DNA of 40,815 nucleotides. Origin: a phage. The position numbers and the translations under genes are program-made. This document shows positions 24,174 to 32,622 of this stretch, in pieces; position 1 is the first letter of the stretch; the number at the start of each line of letters is the position of its first letter. The notes beneath the pieces are model-generated. The model searched no databases. It saw only the letters and a list, made by a program, of their open reading frames with translations, and was not told the DNA's origin. The stretch is taken from sequence record NC_104876.1. One strand, given 5' to 3'.

Positions 24174-26354
24174 ATGAGTTACCTGTTCTTAGACTTTGAA
24201 ACATTCTCCGGAGCCGATTTAAAGAAATTCGGCTCCTATGCTTACGCCGAACACCAGACTACCGAAGTGCTTATCTGTACCTATGCTTTTGACGACGAGC
24301 CTGTACAGGTATGGGATTGCACCAACGGCAGCGACATGCCGGGTGATTTGCACCGCGCGTTACGCCGTCTGGTGAAACCAAACAGTCGCATTAAGATGGT
24401 GTGGCACAACGGCTCAATGTTCGACAGGCTCATAATGAAGCATTGCTGGGACTTTGATATTCCGGTAAGCAACACCATTGATACGATGATTTGGGCGTTT
24501 CGTCACGCGCTGCCGGGTTCTCTTGATGCGCTGTGCGAAGTGCTTGGCGTGTCTGCAGACAACGCGAAAGACAAACGAGGCAAAGCGCTTATTCAGCGTT
24601 TCTCTAAACCGACGCCGAAGAACTACAAAATTCGCCGCTACACTGCTGAAACGCACCCGGATGAGTGGGCGCTGTTCATCAAGTACGCCGTTAGCGACAT
24701 CACCGCGATGCGTGAAGTGTTCCATAAGTTGCCGCGTTGGGGTAACTCCGAGTTCGAAGACCGTGTGCTGGAACTGGACCAGTTAATCAACGACCGCGGG
24801 TTTAAGGTTGACGTTGCACTGGCGGAGGCCGCGATTGAAGCCGTGGAGAAACACAAAGCGCAGTTACAGGAAGAAGCCCAACGTAAATACGGCGGCGCGC
24901 TTACCGGAAAGGACTTCCTTCCTATTCTGCGTGAACTCGCACCGGCGCACCGTATTCACAACGCACAGAAGTCTACGCTTAACGACCTGCTTGCTGACGA
25001 TGATTTACCGGACGACGCCCGCACGATTATAGAAATGCGCCTCGGGGCGGCATCCACTGCGTCAACGAAATATAACCCGCTGCTGTTAGGTCGCTCGTCT
25101 GACGACCGCCGTCGCGGTTGCATCCAGTATGGTGGAGCTAAACGTACGTTACGATTTGCGGGTAAAGGCTTCCAGCCGCAGAACCTGGCGCGTGGGTACT
25201 ATCACGATGATGAACTGGATAAAGGTATTTCAGCATTACTTAAGGGCCGAGCACATCGCCGTTTTGATGTAGCCAAGCTAACGGCATCTACGGTTCGCAG
25301 CTGCATTATCCCGGAAGCCGGGCATAAGTTTGTCGTCGCTGACTACTCGAACGTTGAAGGCCGCGGTTTGGCGTGGCTGGCTGGAGAAGAAACCGCGCTT
25401 GATACGTTCCGTGCCGGGCTGGATATTTACTGCGTAACCGCAGGCAAGATGTTCGGCATGGAGCCGGATTACATTAAGAAAGAACGTAAAGACTTACGCC
25501 AGATTGGTAAGGCATGCGAACTTGGACTTGGCTACGCGGGTGGTGTCGGCGCATTCGTACAGTTCGCCAAGAACCTCGGCCTTGACCTTGTTGATATGGC
25601 AAAAACAATGGACGGGACTTTCCCCGACCACATCTGGGCTGCTACCGCACGTGGATATGAGTGGGCGCGTATTCAGGAAGCCAAGCGACCACCACGTCCA
25701 GGTGAAAATGATGACCGACCATCTTATATTCTTGATAAGAAAGTGTGGCGCACCTGTGACGCTATCAAACGCATGTGGCGCGAGGCTCACCCGAAAACAG
25801 TAGCGTTCTGGCGTGATATTGAAGACGCAGCTATGGCGGCTATCCGCAATCCAGGCAAAGAGTTCACCGCGGGGCCGCGGGGAGTTAAGTTTTCGCGCAA
25901 CGTAGAAACGGACAACAACGGCAACAAAGTCGCCGGTTGGTGGTTGCGGATGACGTTGCCGTCGGGCCGCGTTATGTCTTATCCGGGTGTTGGGCTAAGC
26001 GTGTCGAAAGAGACAGACGAAGACGGGAAGGTGTCTACCAACGTGCACATCAAGTACCAGGGCGAAAACCAGTTAACCCGTCAGTGGGGCTTCCAGTACA
26101 CCTACTCTGGTAAACTGGTGGAAAACTGCACTCAGGCGCTGTGCCGTGATTTGTTGGCTAATGCGCTGCTTAACGTAGAAGCAAACGGCTATCCGATTGT
26201 GCTTCATGTTCACGATGAGATTATCTGCGAGACACCAGATTTACCAGAATACAATGTCGCAGAACTGGAACGATTGATGTGCGAATTACCAGAGTGGGCC
26301 GAGGGGTTCCCTCTTGTAGCAGAAGGCGCGGAGATGAAGCGTTATGCCAAGTAA
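24174..26354 (+). CDS. DNA polymerase, family A, with 3'-5' exonuclease domain
   Basis: Exo motifs LFLDFETFS, HNGSMFDRLI, YAVSDI; polymerase motif A DYSNVEGRGLAWLAGEE, motif B RQIGKACELGLGYAGG, motif C HVHDEI; 726 aa. Confidence 0.8.
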   Translation: MSYLFLDFETFSGADLKKFGSYAYAEHQTTEVLICTYAFDDEPVQVWDCTNGSDMPGDLHRALRRLVKPNSRIKMVWHNGSMFDRLIMKHCWDFDIPVSNTIDTMIWAFRHALPGSLDALCEVLGVSADNAKDKRGKALIQRFSKPTPKNYKIRRYTAETHPDEWALFIKYAVSDITAMREVFHKLPRWGNSEFEDRVLELDQLINDRGFKVDVALAEAAIEAVEKHKAQLQEEAQRKYGGALTGKDFLPILRELAPAHRIHNAQKSTLNDLLADDDLPDDARTIIEMRLGAASTASTKYNPLLLGRSSDDRRRGCIQYGGAKRTLRFAGKGFQPQNLARGYYHDDELDKGISALLKGRAHRRFDVAKLTASTVRSCIIPEAGHKFVVADYSNVEGRGLAWLAGEETALDTFRAGLDIYCVTAGKMFGMEPDYIKKERKDLRQIGKACELGLGYAGGVGAFVQFAKNLGLDLVDMAKTMDGTFPDHIWAATARGYEWARIQEAKRPPRPGENDDRPSYILDKKVWRTCDAIKRMWREAHPKTVAFWRDIEDAAMAAIRNPGKEFTAGPRGVKFSRNVETDNNGNKVAGWWLRMTLPSGRVMSYPGVGLSVSKETDEDGKVSTNVHIKYQGENQLTRQWGFQYTYSGKLVENCTQALCRDLLANALLNVEANGYPIVLHVHDEIICETPDLPEYNVAELERLMCELPEWAEGFPLVAEGAEMKRYAK

Positions 26355-26710
26355 ACTGATTATCGCGGTACTGGCGGGATTTGCTGCCGGTGTCTACTGT
26401 CACGAGGGTCAATACGGCATGATGGTTGCCATATTGGGCATGTTCATCGCAATTTATCTGTGGGTGCTGGAATGAAAATTTACTGGTTTTATGAAGAAGA
26501 CTGTCGAATCTGCCCGCGCTGTGGTATTGAACATACGAAACGTGAGGGGTGCGTATTATGACAATGTTTGTATTTTGGACGATAGTAACCATGCTCGCGC
26601 TGTTACTCGGTGCGGGAATAGCCGCGATGTTCTGTTACGGCCTGTTCTTTAAGTTTGTCGGTGTCGCCGTTCTAGGAGGGGCTTTCCTTACTTGGGTTCT
26701 ACGCTCATGA
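26344..26710 (+). other. Three tiny translationally coupled ORFs: 43-aa membrane peptide (26344-26475), 29-aa Cys-ribbon peptide (26472-26561), 50-aa membrane peptide (26558-26710)
   Basis: Each start overlaps the preceding stop (ATGA). Two are strongly hydrophobic; the middle one has CRICPRCG. None is in the track (under 60 aa). Confidence 0.3.
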
Positions 26711-26991
26711 CTAAAGAGGGCCGCGTACAGAAATACGCAAAAGACCGATTCGAGGCCCTTGGCGGCCTCGTTCGCAAACTCTCCTACGAGGGGCGTTCCG
26801 GCGCCCCAGACCTGCTGGTAATTCTCCCCGGCGGCATAGTCTGGTTCGTCGAGGTTAAGAAAGACGAGAACACGAAGCCAGACCCGCACCAGCTACGGGA
26901 ACATGAGCGGATGCGTAAACGTGGTGCGAATGTTTTTGTCGTTGGTTCGTTTAAACAGGTTGACGACCTAATAGCTAGCTATTATAGTTAG
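26707..26991 (+). CDS. VRR-NUC domain nuclease
   Basis: GAPDLLVILPGGIVWFVEVKK...HQLREH...RGANVFVV matches the VRR-NUC PD-(D/E)XK pattern. Start set to ATG 26707, coupled to the upstream small ORF. Confidence 0.55.
   Translation: MTKEGRVQKYAKDRFEALGGLVRKLSYEGRSGAPDLLVILPGGIVWFVEVKKDENTKPDPHQLREHERMRKRGANVFVVGSFKQVDDLIASYYS
26960..26988 (+). promoter_or_regulatory. Promoter TTGACG-N17-TATAGT with perfect 16-bp palindrome TAATAGCTAGCTATTA, located inside the 3' end of the VRR-NUC gene
   Basis: -35 26960-26965, -10 26983-26988; palindrome 26969-26984. Confidence 0.55.
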
Positions 26992-27021
26992 TCCTACACC
27001 AACAATATAAGGAATTGAGAA

Positions 27022-27213
27022 ATGAAACACGAATATGACCGCAAACCAGCACGTGACATCGTACCGGGTGACATGATTTTCAACGTTAAGACCCGCCACC
27101 CTGTTGCCGTTGATACGGTGTTCGTCGAGTCGAACGGTAAACTGGTTATCGAAGATGTAACAGGAAACGTTACGGCGTTCGGGCGTAAGGAACTGGTTCT
27201 GGTGGCGAAATGA
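27022..27213 (+). CDS. Hypothetical protein
   Basis: 63-aa ORF, ATGA overlap with next gene. Confidence 0.4.
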   Translation: MKHEYDRKPARDIVPGDMIFNVKTRHPVAVDTVFVESNGKLVIEDVTGNVTAFGRKELVLVAK

Positions 27214-28034
27214 ACTATTACAACGAATGGGATAAAGGCGCAGCCGCGTGGCTGCGTGAATTAATAAAACATGGTCACATACCTTTTGGAGTTGTAGATG
27301 AAAGAAGCATTACCGAAGTTAAGCCAGAAGACCTTGACGGGTTCACCCAGTGTCATTTTTTCGCTGGTATCGGCGGCTGGCCTCTCGCGCTCAGACTTGC
27401 GGGAGTTTCGGAGGATACGCCTCTCTGGACGGGAAGCCCGCCTTGCCAACCGTTTAGCACGGCAGGAAAACAACTCGGACAGTTCGACCAGAGACACCTC
27501 GCGCCGGTCTTCCTCGACCTCATCAGCGAGTGCCGCCCTCCAGTCATCTTTGGGGAGCAGGTTGCGGCAGCAATTGCAAAATCGTGGATGTGCGATTTAC
27601 AAGCTCACCTGGAAGGAGAAGACTACGCCGTCGGGTTTGCTGTACTCCCAGCTTGTAGCGTCGGCGCACCGCACAAAAGAGAACGACTCTTCTTTGGCGC
27701 GCACGAACTGGCCTACACCGACAGCGAACGACTTCAGAGGGAGCGGAGAGACAGTGATTCGCACGGACGGGAGAGACAGAACATTCGACAGGCTGGACTA
27801 CTCAACAGAGCAGGGATTGAAAGCGAGTCAACCAACCCGCACCACGGCTTCTGGTCAGATGCTGACTGGCTCGGATGCCGTGATGGAAAGTTCCGGCCGG
27901 TTGAACCCGGCGCATTCCCGCTGGCTAATGGGATACCCGCAAGAGTGGGACGATTGCGCGGTTACGGCAATGCCATCGTCCCGCAAGTAGCCGCCGAATT
28001 TATAAAGGCGTTTATGGGGGCCGTAAATGAGTAA
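27210..28034 (+). CDS. DNA (cytosine-5)-methyltransferase-like protein; reading frame appears interrupted (possible pseudogene or sequence error)
   Basis: Frame of 27210 carries motif [44 protein letters not shown] and [10 protein letters not shown]. Motif IX-like [17 protein letters not shown] lies in the +1 frame (27298..27990). Confidence 0.5.
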   Translation: MNYYNEWDKGAAAWLRELIKHGHIPFGVVDERSITEVKPEDLDGFTQCHFFAGIGGWPLALRLAGVSEDTPLWTGSPPCQPFSTAGKQLGQFDQRHLAPVFLDLISECRPPVIFGEQVAAAIAKSWMCDLQAHLEGEDYAVGFAVLPACSVGAPHKRERLFFGAHELAYTDSERLQRERRDSDSHGRERQNIRQAGLLNRAGIESESTNPHHGFWSDADWLGCRDGKFRPVEPGAFPLANGIPARVGRLRGYGNAIVPQVAAEFIKAFMGAVNE

Positions 28035-29451
28035 GTTTCAAAGGCGCGAATACCAGAAGCTCATGACTTCGTTCATGCTGCAACACCATCGCTGTAATAT
28101 TTGGGCGAGCATGGGCGCCGGGAAGACTGGCAGCGTCCTGTGGACTTTAAACCGCCTGTTCCGCAACGGGCAACTTACGGACGACGACCGCGTGTTAATT
28201 CTCGCCCCGTTGCGCGTTGCATCAGGTACATGGCCGGCAGAACAAGAGAAATGGCGATTCCCGTGCCTGCGCGTCGTAGATGCGACCGGGTCAGAGAAGC
28301 GCCGCATCGCGGCACTGGAGTCTGATGCTAACGTGGTGTGCACTAACTACGAAGTTATCGAGTGGCTGATCGACTACTACGGCAAAGATGACTGGCCTTT
28401 TACGGTTATCGTTGCCGATGAGAGCACGAAGCTGAAATCATTCCGCAGCCGTTCAGGTGGTAGCAAGCGGGCAAAGGCGCTCAGTAAGGTGGCGTTTGGA
28501 AAGGTTAAGCGTTTTATAAACCTTACCGGCACGCCATCACCAAACGGCCTCAAGGACTTGTGGGGTCAGAACTGGTTTATCGACGCTGGCGAACGCCTAG
28601 GGTCCTCATATACGGCATTCACCGACCGATGGTTTAACTCGGTACAGAAAGGTAAGTCAGCGATGGCGCGTGAGTATCATGCGCGCCCGGGTGCGGATAA
28701 TGAGATTCATCAGAAGATGAAAGACATCAGTCTCACGATTGACGCCGCCGAGTGGTTCGGATGTGAAGCGCCGATTATTGTACCGGTTGAAATCGACCTG
28801 CCGAAGAAGGCGCGCCAGGCGTACATTGATATGGAGGAGAAGCTATTCGCGGAACTGGAGAGCGGAGAAGTTGAAGCGGCTAATGCGGCAGCGAAGACGT
28901 CGAAGTGCCTACAGATTGCATCCGGTGCCGTGTATGTGTCAGGGCCAGACGGTGAAGCAACGAAAGACTGGGAGAAAGTGCACGACACGAAACTGGATGC
29001 GCTCGAGTCCATTGTTGAGGAGTTACAGGGGGCGCCGTTACTGGTCGCCTATCAGTTCAAGCACGAACTGGAGCGCATCCTCAAGCGCTTCCCGCAGGCG
29101 CAGGCTTTTGCAAAAGGCGCGAAGGGCAATAAGCAGATGGAAGCGTGGAACCGTGGCGAAATCGAAATCCTATGCGTGCACCCCGCGTCAGCCGGCCATG
29201 GTTTGAATTTACAGGACGGCGGACATCATCTGGCGTTTATTTCGCAAGGCTGGAACCTTGAGCACTATTTGCAGGTTGTCGAGCGTATAGGCCCGGTGCG
29301 CCAGAAGCAGGCGGGCCACGAGCGACCAGTGTTCCTCTATCACATCGTTGCTAAAGACACGCTGGACGAGGTTGTTGCCTCGCGTACTGACGAGAAGAAA
29401 TCGGTCCAGGAAGAGTTGCTTAATTACATGAAGAGACGAGGTAAGAAATGA
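28027..29451 (+). CDS. SNF2-family helicase
   Basis: Walker A SMGAGKTG, DExx box VIVADEST, C-terminal helicase domain; 474 aa; overlaps methyltransferase stop. Confidence 0.65.
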   Translation: MSKFQRREYQKLMTSFMLQHHRCNIWASMGAGKTGSVLWTLNRLFRNGQLTDDDRVLILAPLRVASGTWPAEQEKWRFPCLRVVDATGSEKRRIAALESDANVVCTNYEVIEWLIDYYGKDDWPFTVIVADESTKLKSFRSRSGGSKRAKALSKVAFGKVKRFINLTGTPSPNGLKDLWGQNWFIDAGERLGSSYTAFTDRWFNSVQKGKSAMAREYHARPGADNEIHQKMKDISLTIDAAEWFGCEAPIIVPVEIDLPKKARQAYIDMEEKLFAELESGEVEAANAAAKTSKCLQIASGAVYVSGPDGEATKDWEKVHDTKLDALESIVEELQGAPLLVAYQFKHELERILKRFPQAQAFAKGAKGNKQMEAWNRGEIEILCVHPASAGHGLNLQDGGHHLAFISQGWNLEHYLQVVERIGPVRQKQAGHERPVFLYHIVAKDTLDEVVASRTDEKKSVQEELLNYMKRRGKK

Positions 29452-29586
29452 ACATCATAGCCCCGATTCCGGCATTGCAAAAACGTATCAAGGAACTTGA
29501 GGGGGAGGTTCTACGACTACGGCAGCAAAGAGACGCCGCTAATGCGCAACTGGCGTTTGTACTGGAGAAGTTATCAGAAGAGTAGA
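29448..29586 (+). CDS. Small coiled-coil hypothetical protein
   Basis: 45-aa ORF with ATGA overlap with the SNF2 gene; last plus-strand ORF before the terminator. Confidence 0.3.
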
Positions 29587-29590
29587 GAAA

Positions 29591-29608
29591 AGGCCCCGTT
29601 TGGGGCCT
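29591..29608. terminator. Bidirectional intrinsic terminator (AGGCCCC-GTTT-GGGGCCT) between replication arm and tailspike gene
   Basis: Same stem and flanks as the 1303-1320 terminator with inverted loop; T-runs on both strands. Confidence 0.6.
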
Positions 29609-29613
29609 TAGTT

Positions 29614-32568
29614 TTATTTATCTTCTAGTGCTGCCAGCCTCTTCTCGAACTCGCGCATCTTCTTACGCTGATAGGCAATCTCTATGAAGAACATCTGGTC
29701 CGCCCTAACCCCCCATCTGCCGCCGGGAGGGGATACTTGTACAGTCTGGCCATCTTCATCAATATCATACGCAGCTTCAATTGGGTCGTAGCACAAGAAA
29801 GCATATTTACAATCGGTAGAATCTTTCTCCATAAGCCCATGGTTGACCAAGATGTCTCGCACATCTTGGGCTATCACACCGAAGTGTATCCTTGCAGTGT
29901 CACCCTTGATTGCTAGGCTTTCAAGCCACTTAAAAGACATTACATGTATATCTTCCCATGCGGTAAGGAGTTGTCCCTCAATTTCCTCTTTATTCGTCTT
30001 AAGTGTACCATCAGACGTATTTATCGTACCGGTGGTCGCGTACACCGTAGTCCACCTATTACCTGCCGAACCTAAAGACACTCGCGAGTCTAAGTAAGGA
30101 AGAAAATTGTTGTATGAGTAGAAGCCTCCTGACGCATGCATAATAGCCCTGTTAGGCGTTGCATGGTTTGCCCCGTACAGTTGCAGCAACGCACCATCGG
30201 AACTGGATGCACCATCACCACCGCTAACTATCAGTCTTTGACCCGATGGGGTTTTAGTGGGGACTGTTTTTGAAATCAGCCCGTAATCACCATCAAACTG
30301 TGCACGCACGGCGGACTGTTGTGTACCATCGTATTCCAGCCCCGTTACATGCAGTGAGTACACGCTTACATCATTATCAAATGTTAAAGGTGCCCCTACA
30401 TGACGTACACCATCTACCCCCATGGCGACAGGTAGTGTACGGTTAGGAGTTGCTCCGTATTTGAAATCACGGGATACATACGGGTGGTCTTCAATCTTTA
30501 TCCGGTAGCTATATAAGTCAGCCGGATGCCCATCATGTTTGTACCATAACCTCGCACTGTTATCCCCTATGCTCCAGGGAGAGAAGAAGTCTTCCCCACC
30601 AAAGATATAGTACAACCAGCCATCTTTAACACAGACCGAGCCGACGCCGACAGCAGAGTTAACGATATGACCCTGGTATATTTGGTCGGTAATATTAAAC
30701 CACTGAACATCATCTAAAGATGAAGGCCAGGACGACACATTAACTTTGCACATAAAGGTCCTCGGATACGAACCTTCATAGCGGCTGTCCTGCTCACCAC
30801 CTTCCCACTCACCAAAGGCACGTTCTGTACCAAAGATGTAGAGATAGTCACCTACTTTAGCGAACGGAAGATTGGAGTGATGTACATTGTTCGGAAATCG
30901 CAAGTAGCTCCAGTTTTGCCCAGAATCGGTGCTCATCGCCAGTGTAGAGCCGGGGGAAGTAGGTAATGTGCCGCGTGTGGTAAGGTATAACACACCACCA
31001 TAACTTTTCACGCACGGCTCAGAAGCGTTATCAGCGTATGCCTGAGCGACAGTGCGACGAACGAATACGCCAGGATTGTCATACACGTTACTAAAATACA
31101 AGACACCGAGACGCCTAGGGGACACATCGCCGTTGTGATAGCCGACAGCGATAGTGTAGTTAACATCATCTATAACCGCAAAACTATGTGTCTCCGTGAC
31201 ACACAAATCAGCGTTAGTGGAGTATGCTACCCCAGGCAATTCGGTAATTTCCCACGGGCTGTCCCAGAATCGCGTTGCGAAGTTCCAGGTAACACCCGCA
31301 TTGTTTATGGTGGAACTCGCCGGGCTTGAGAGCGTAACAGTGAACGTATTTCGGTTAATTATAGACGCAACCGTCATATTACCCGATACGCCAGTTGCCG
31401 ATGTATTAGAGAAGTTAACCGCATCTCCTGCTTTTAGGCCGTGATTTTCTATAACAATGGTAGCAGTAGTGGAACCAGAACTAATAGTTATTCCGCCGGT
31501 TGGGTGTCTAAAATACGGCATTGGGCGTGACCAAAGTTCTGCCTTCTTCATCCGCATATTAGATAAGTAGCGGGTTTCTATAACTGCATATAATCGGTTG
31601 CCGCACGTACCCATGCTCATGCAGTGGTAGTTAACTCTGTCCGCGGAAACACTAGCATTATAGCCAGCATGGATTGGGGTCAACCACTCAGGCATTGACC
31701 AAGTCTGCCCGTCGTCACCAGAGCGAACCCAAGCTACATGTAAGTTTTGAACGCCATGTCGTTCGCCTGCCATAAAGGGAGCGTAAATAACATTGTCGTA
31801 GACGAAAGTTTTATCCTGCGTCCATGCGTTGTAGAACGGGGTATCCGTCACCTTAGTTAGTGAGCTGTTAAAGAAGCCATCAGCTACATAAGTAAGCGGT
31901 TGCCCAGCTACGCGCTCGTAAACGAATGCAGCATTCTTAAATTTACTAATGTCAGGTAATTGGGAAACTTTATAAGTCAAACCCCTGCCGTCTATAATCC
32001 AATTGTTGTGGGAAGCTGCTAATACATTAAAAATAGATTGAGTATCATCAGTTACGCCGTCGCCCACGGCGCCCCATGCGCGCGGGTCGTATTCGTCCTT
32101 CCATCGCGCCACATGTAAATCTGGGTACAGAATTGCACCGTTTACATCAGATATTTGCTGCCGCAGTATGACCGACCCGACAGGCTGCCACGCCCCATCT
32201 GCCACGCCACCGGTGGACTGCGGAGAAGATGACGCCGGGATAGTTTTTGGCAGAGCGCCCAACCAATGGTACCAATCCCCATCGCCACCAGAGGACGACG
32301 GCCACAAAACTGCGGTGTTTCGGTCGTTAGCGGATAGTGTACCGCCTGACGTGAAATCAAAATCTGCCAGTTTAAAACCAGCGTCACGCAACACGGCAGG
32401 TAGTGTCTTCTGGGTCTGCCCTGTAACCTGGTTTGTCGCGTAATCAATATCTGCACCCCCGGCTACTCCGCCGGATTTACCCGTGATAACCTCGGCTTCA
32501 AAAATCTGGTGCTTCTTGGCGGTCTGTAAATCCGCCAGGCTTAAAACGTCACCACATCCGCTTGACAT
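29614..32568 (-). CDS. Tailspike with sialidase-like beta-propeller (putative endosialidase) and C-terminal intramolecular chaperone (peptidase S74-type) domain
   Basis: Asp-box motifs SGDDGQTW and STDSGQNW; C-terminal about 130 aa (from ...TINTSDGTLKTNKEE) match the self-cleaving chaperone pattern with a Ser-Lys dyad; 984 aa. Confidence 0.6.
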   Translation of the reverse strand: MSSGCGDVLSLADLQTAKKHQIFEAEVITGKSGGVAGGADIDYATNQVTGQTQKTLPAVLRDAGFKLADFDFTSGGTLSANDRNTAVLWPSSSGGDGDWYHWLGALPKTIPASSSPQSTGGVADGAWQPVGSVILRQQISDVNGAILYPDLHVARWKDEYDPRAWGAVGDGVTDDTQSIFNVLAASHNNWIIDGRGLTYKVSQLPDISKFKNAAFVYERVAGQPLTYVADGFFNSSLTKVTDTPFYNAWTQDKTFVYDNVIYAPFMAGERHGVQNLHVAWVRSGDDGQTWSMPEWLTPIHAGYNASVSADRVNYHCMSMGTCGNRLYAVIETRYLSNMRMKKAELWSRPMPYFRHPTGGITISSGSTTATIVIENHGLKAGDAVNFSNTSATGVSGNMTVASIINRNTFTVTLSSPASSTINNAGVTWNFATRFWDSPWEITELPGVAYSTNADLCVTETHSFAVIDDVNYTIAVGYHNGDVSPRRLGVLYFSNVYDNPGVFVRRTVAQAYADNASEPCVKSYGGVLYLTTRGTLPTSPGSTLAMSTDSGQNWSYLRFPNNVHHSNLPFAKVGDYLYIFGTERAFGEWEGGEQDSRYEGSYPRTFMCKVNVSSWPSSLDDVQWFNITDQIYQGHIVNSAVGVGSVCVKDGWLYYIFGGEDFFSPWSIGDNSARLWYKHDGHPADLYSYRIKIEDHPYVSRDFKYGATPNRTLPVAMGVDGVRHVGAPLTFDNDVSVYSLHVTGLEYDGTQQSAVRAQFDGDYGLISKTVPTKTPSGQRLIVSGGDGASSSDGALLQLYGANHATPNRAIMHASGGFYSYNNFLPYLDSRVSLGSAGNRWTTVYATTGTINTSDGTLKTNKEEIEGQLLTAWEDIHVMSFKWLESLAIKGDTARIHFGVIAQDVRDILVNHGLMEKDSTDCKYAFLCYDPIEAAYDIDEDGQTVQVSPPGGRWGVRADQMFFIEIAYQRKKMREFEKRLAALEDK

Positions 32569-32622
32569 ATAGAGTCCTCTTTAATTAAAACCATTGCTGA
32601 ATCCATCGGAGAAACCGCTGCC

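Noticed and set aside
27948-27965. Programmed ribosomal frameshifting as the explanation for the split methyltransferase
   Set aside because: Two shifts of opposite sign 250 nt apart with no slippery heptamer or downstream stimulatory structure at either site. Indels or sequencing errors are more parsimonious.
27298-27990. 230-aa ORF in the +1 frame overlapping the methyltransferase-like gene, as an independent gene
   Set aside because: Its N-terminal half is Ser/Arg-rich junk and it has no RBS. Its C-terminal part carries methyltransferase motif IX, so it is best explained as the displaced middle segment of the same gene, not a separate one.
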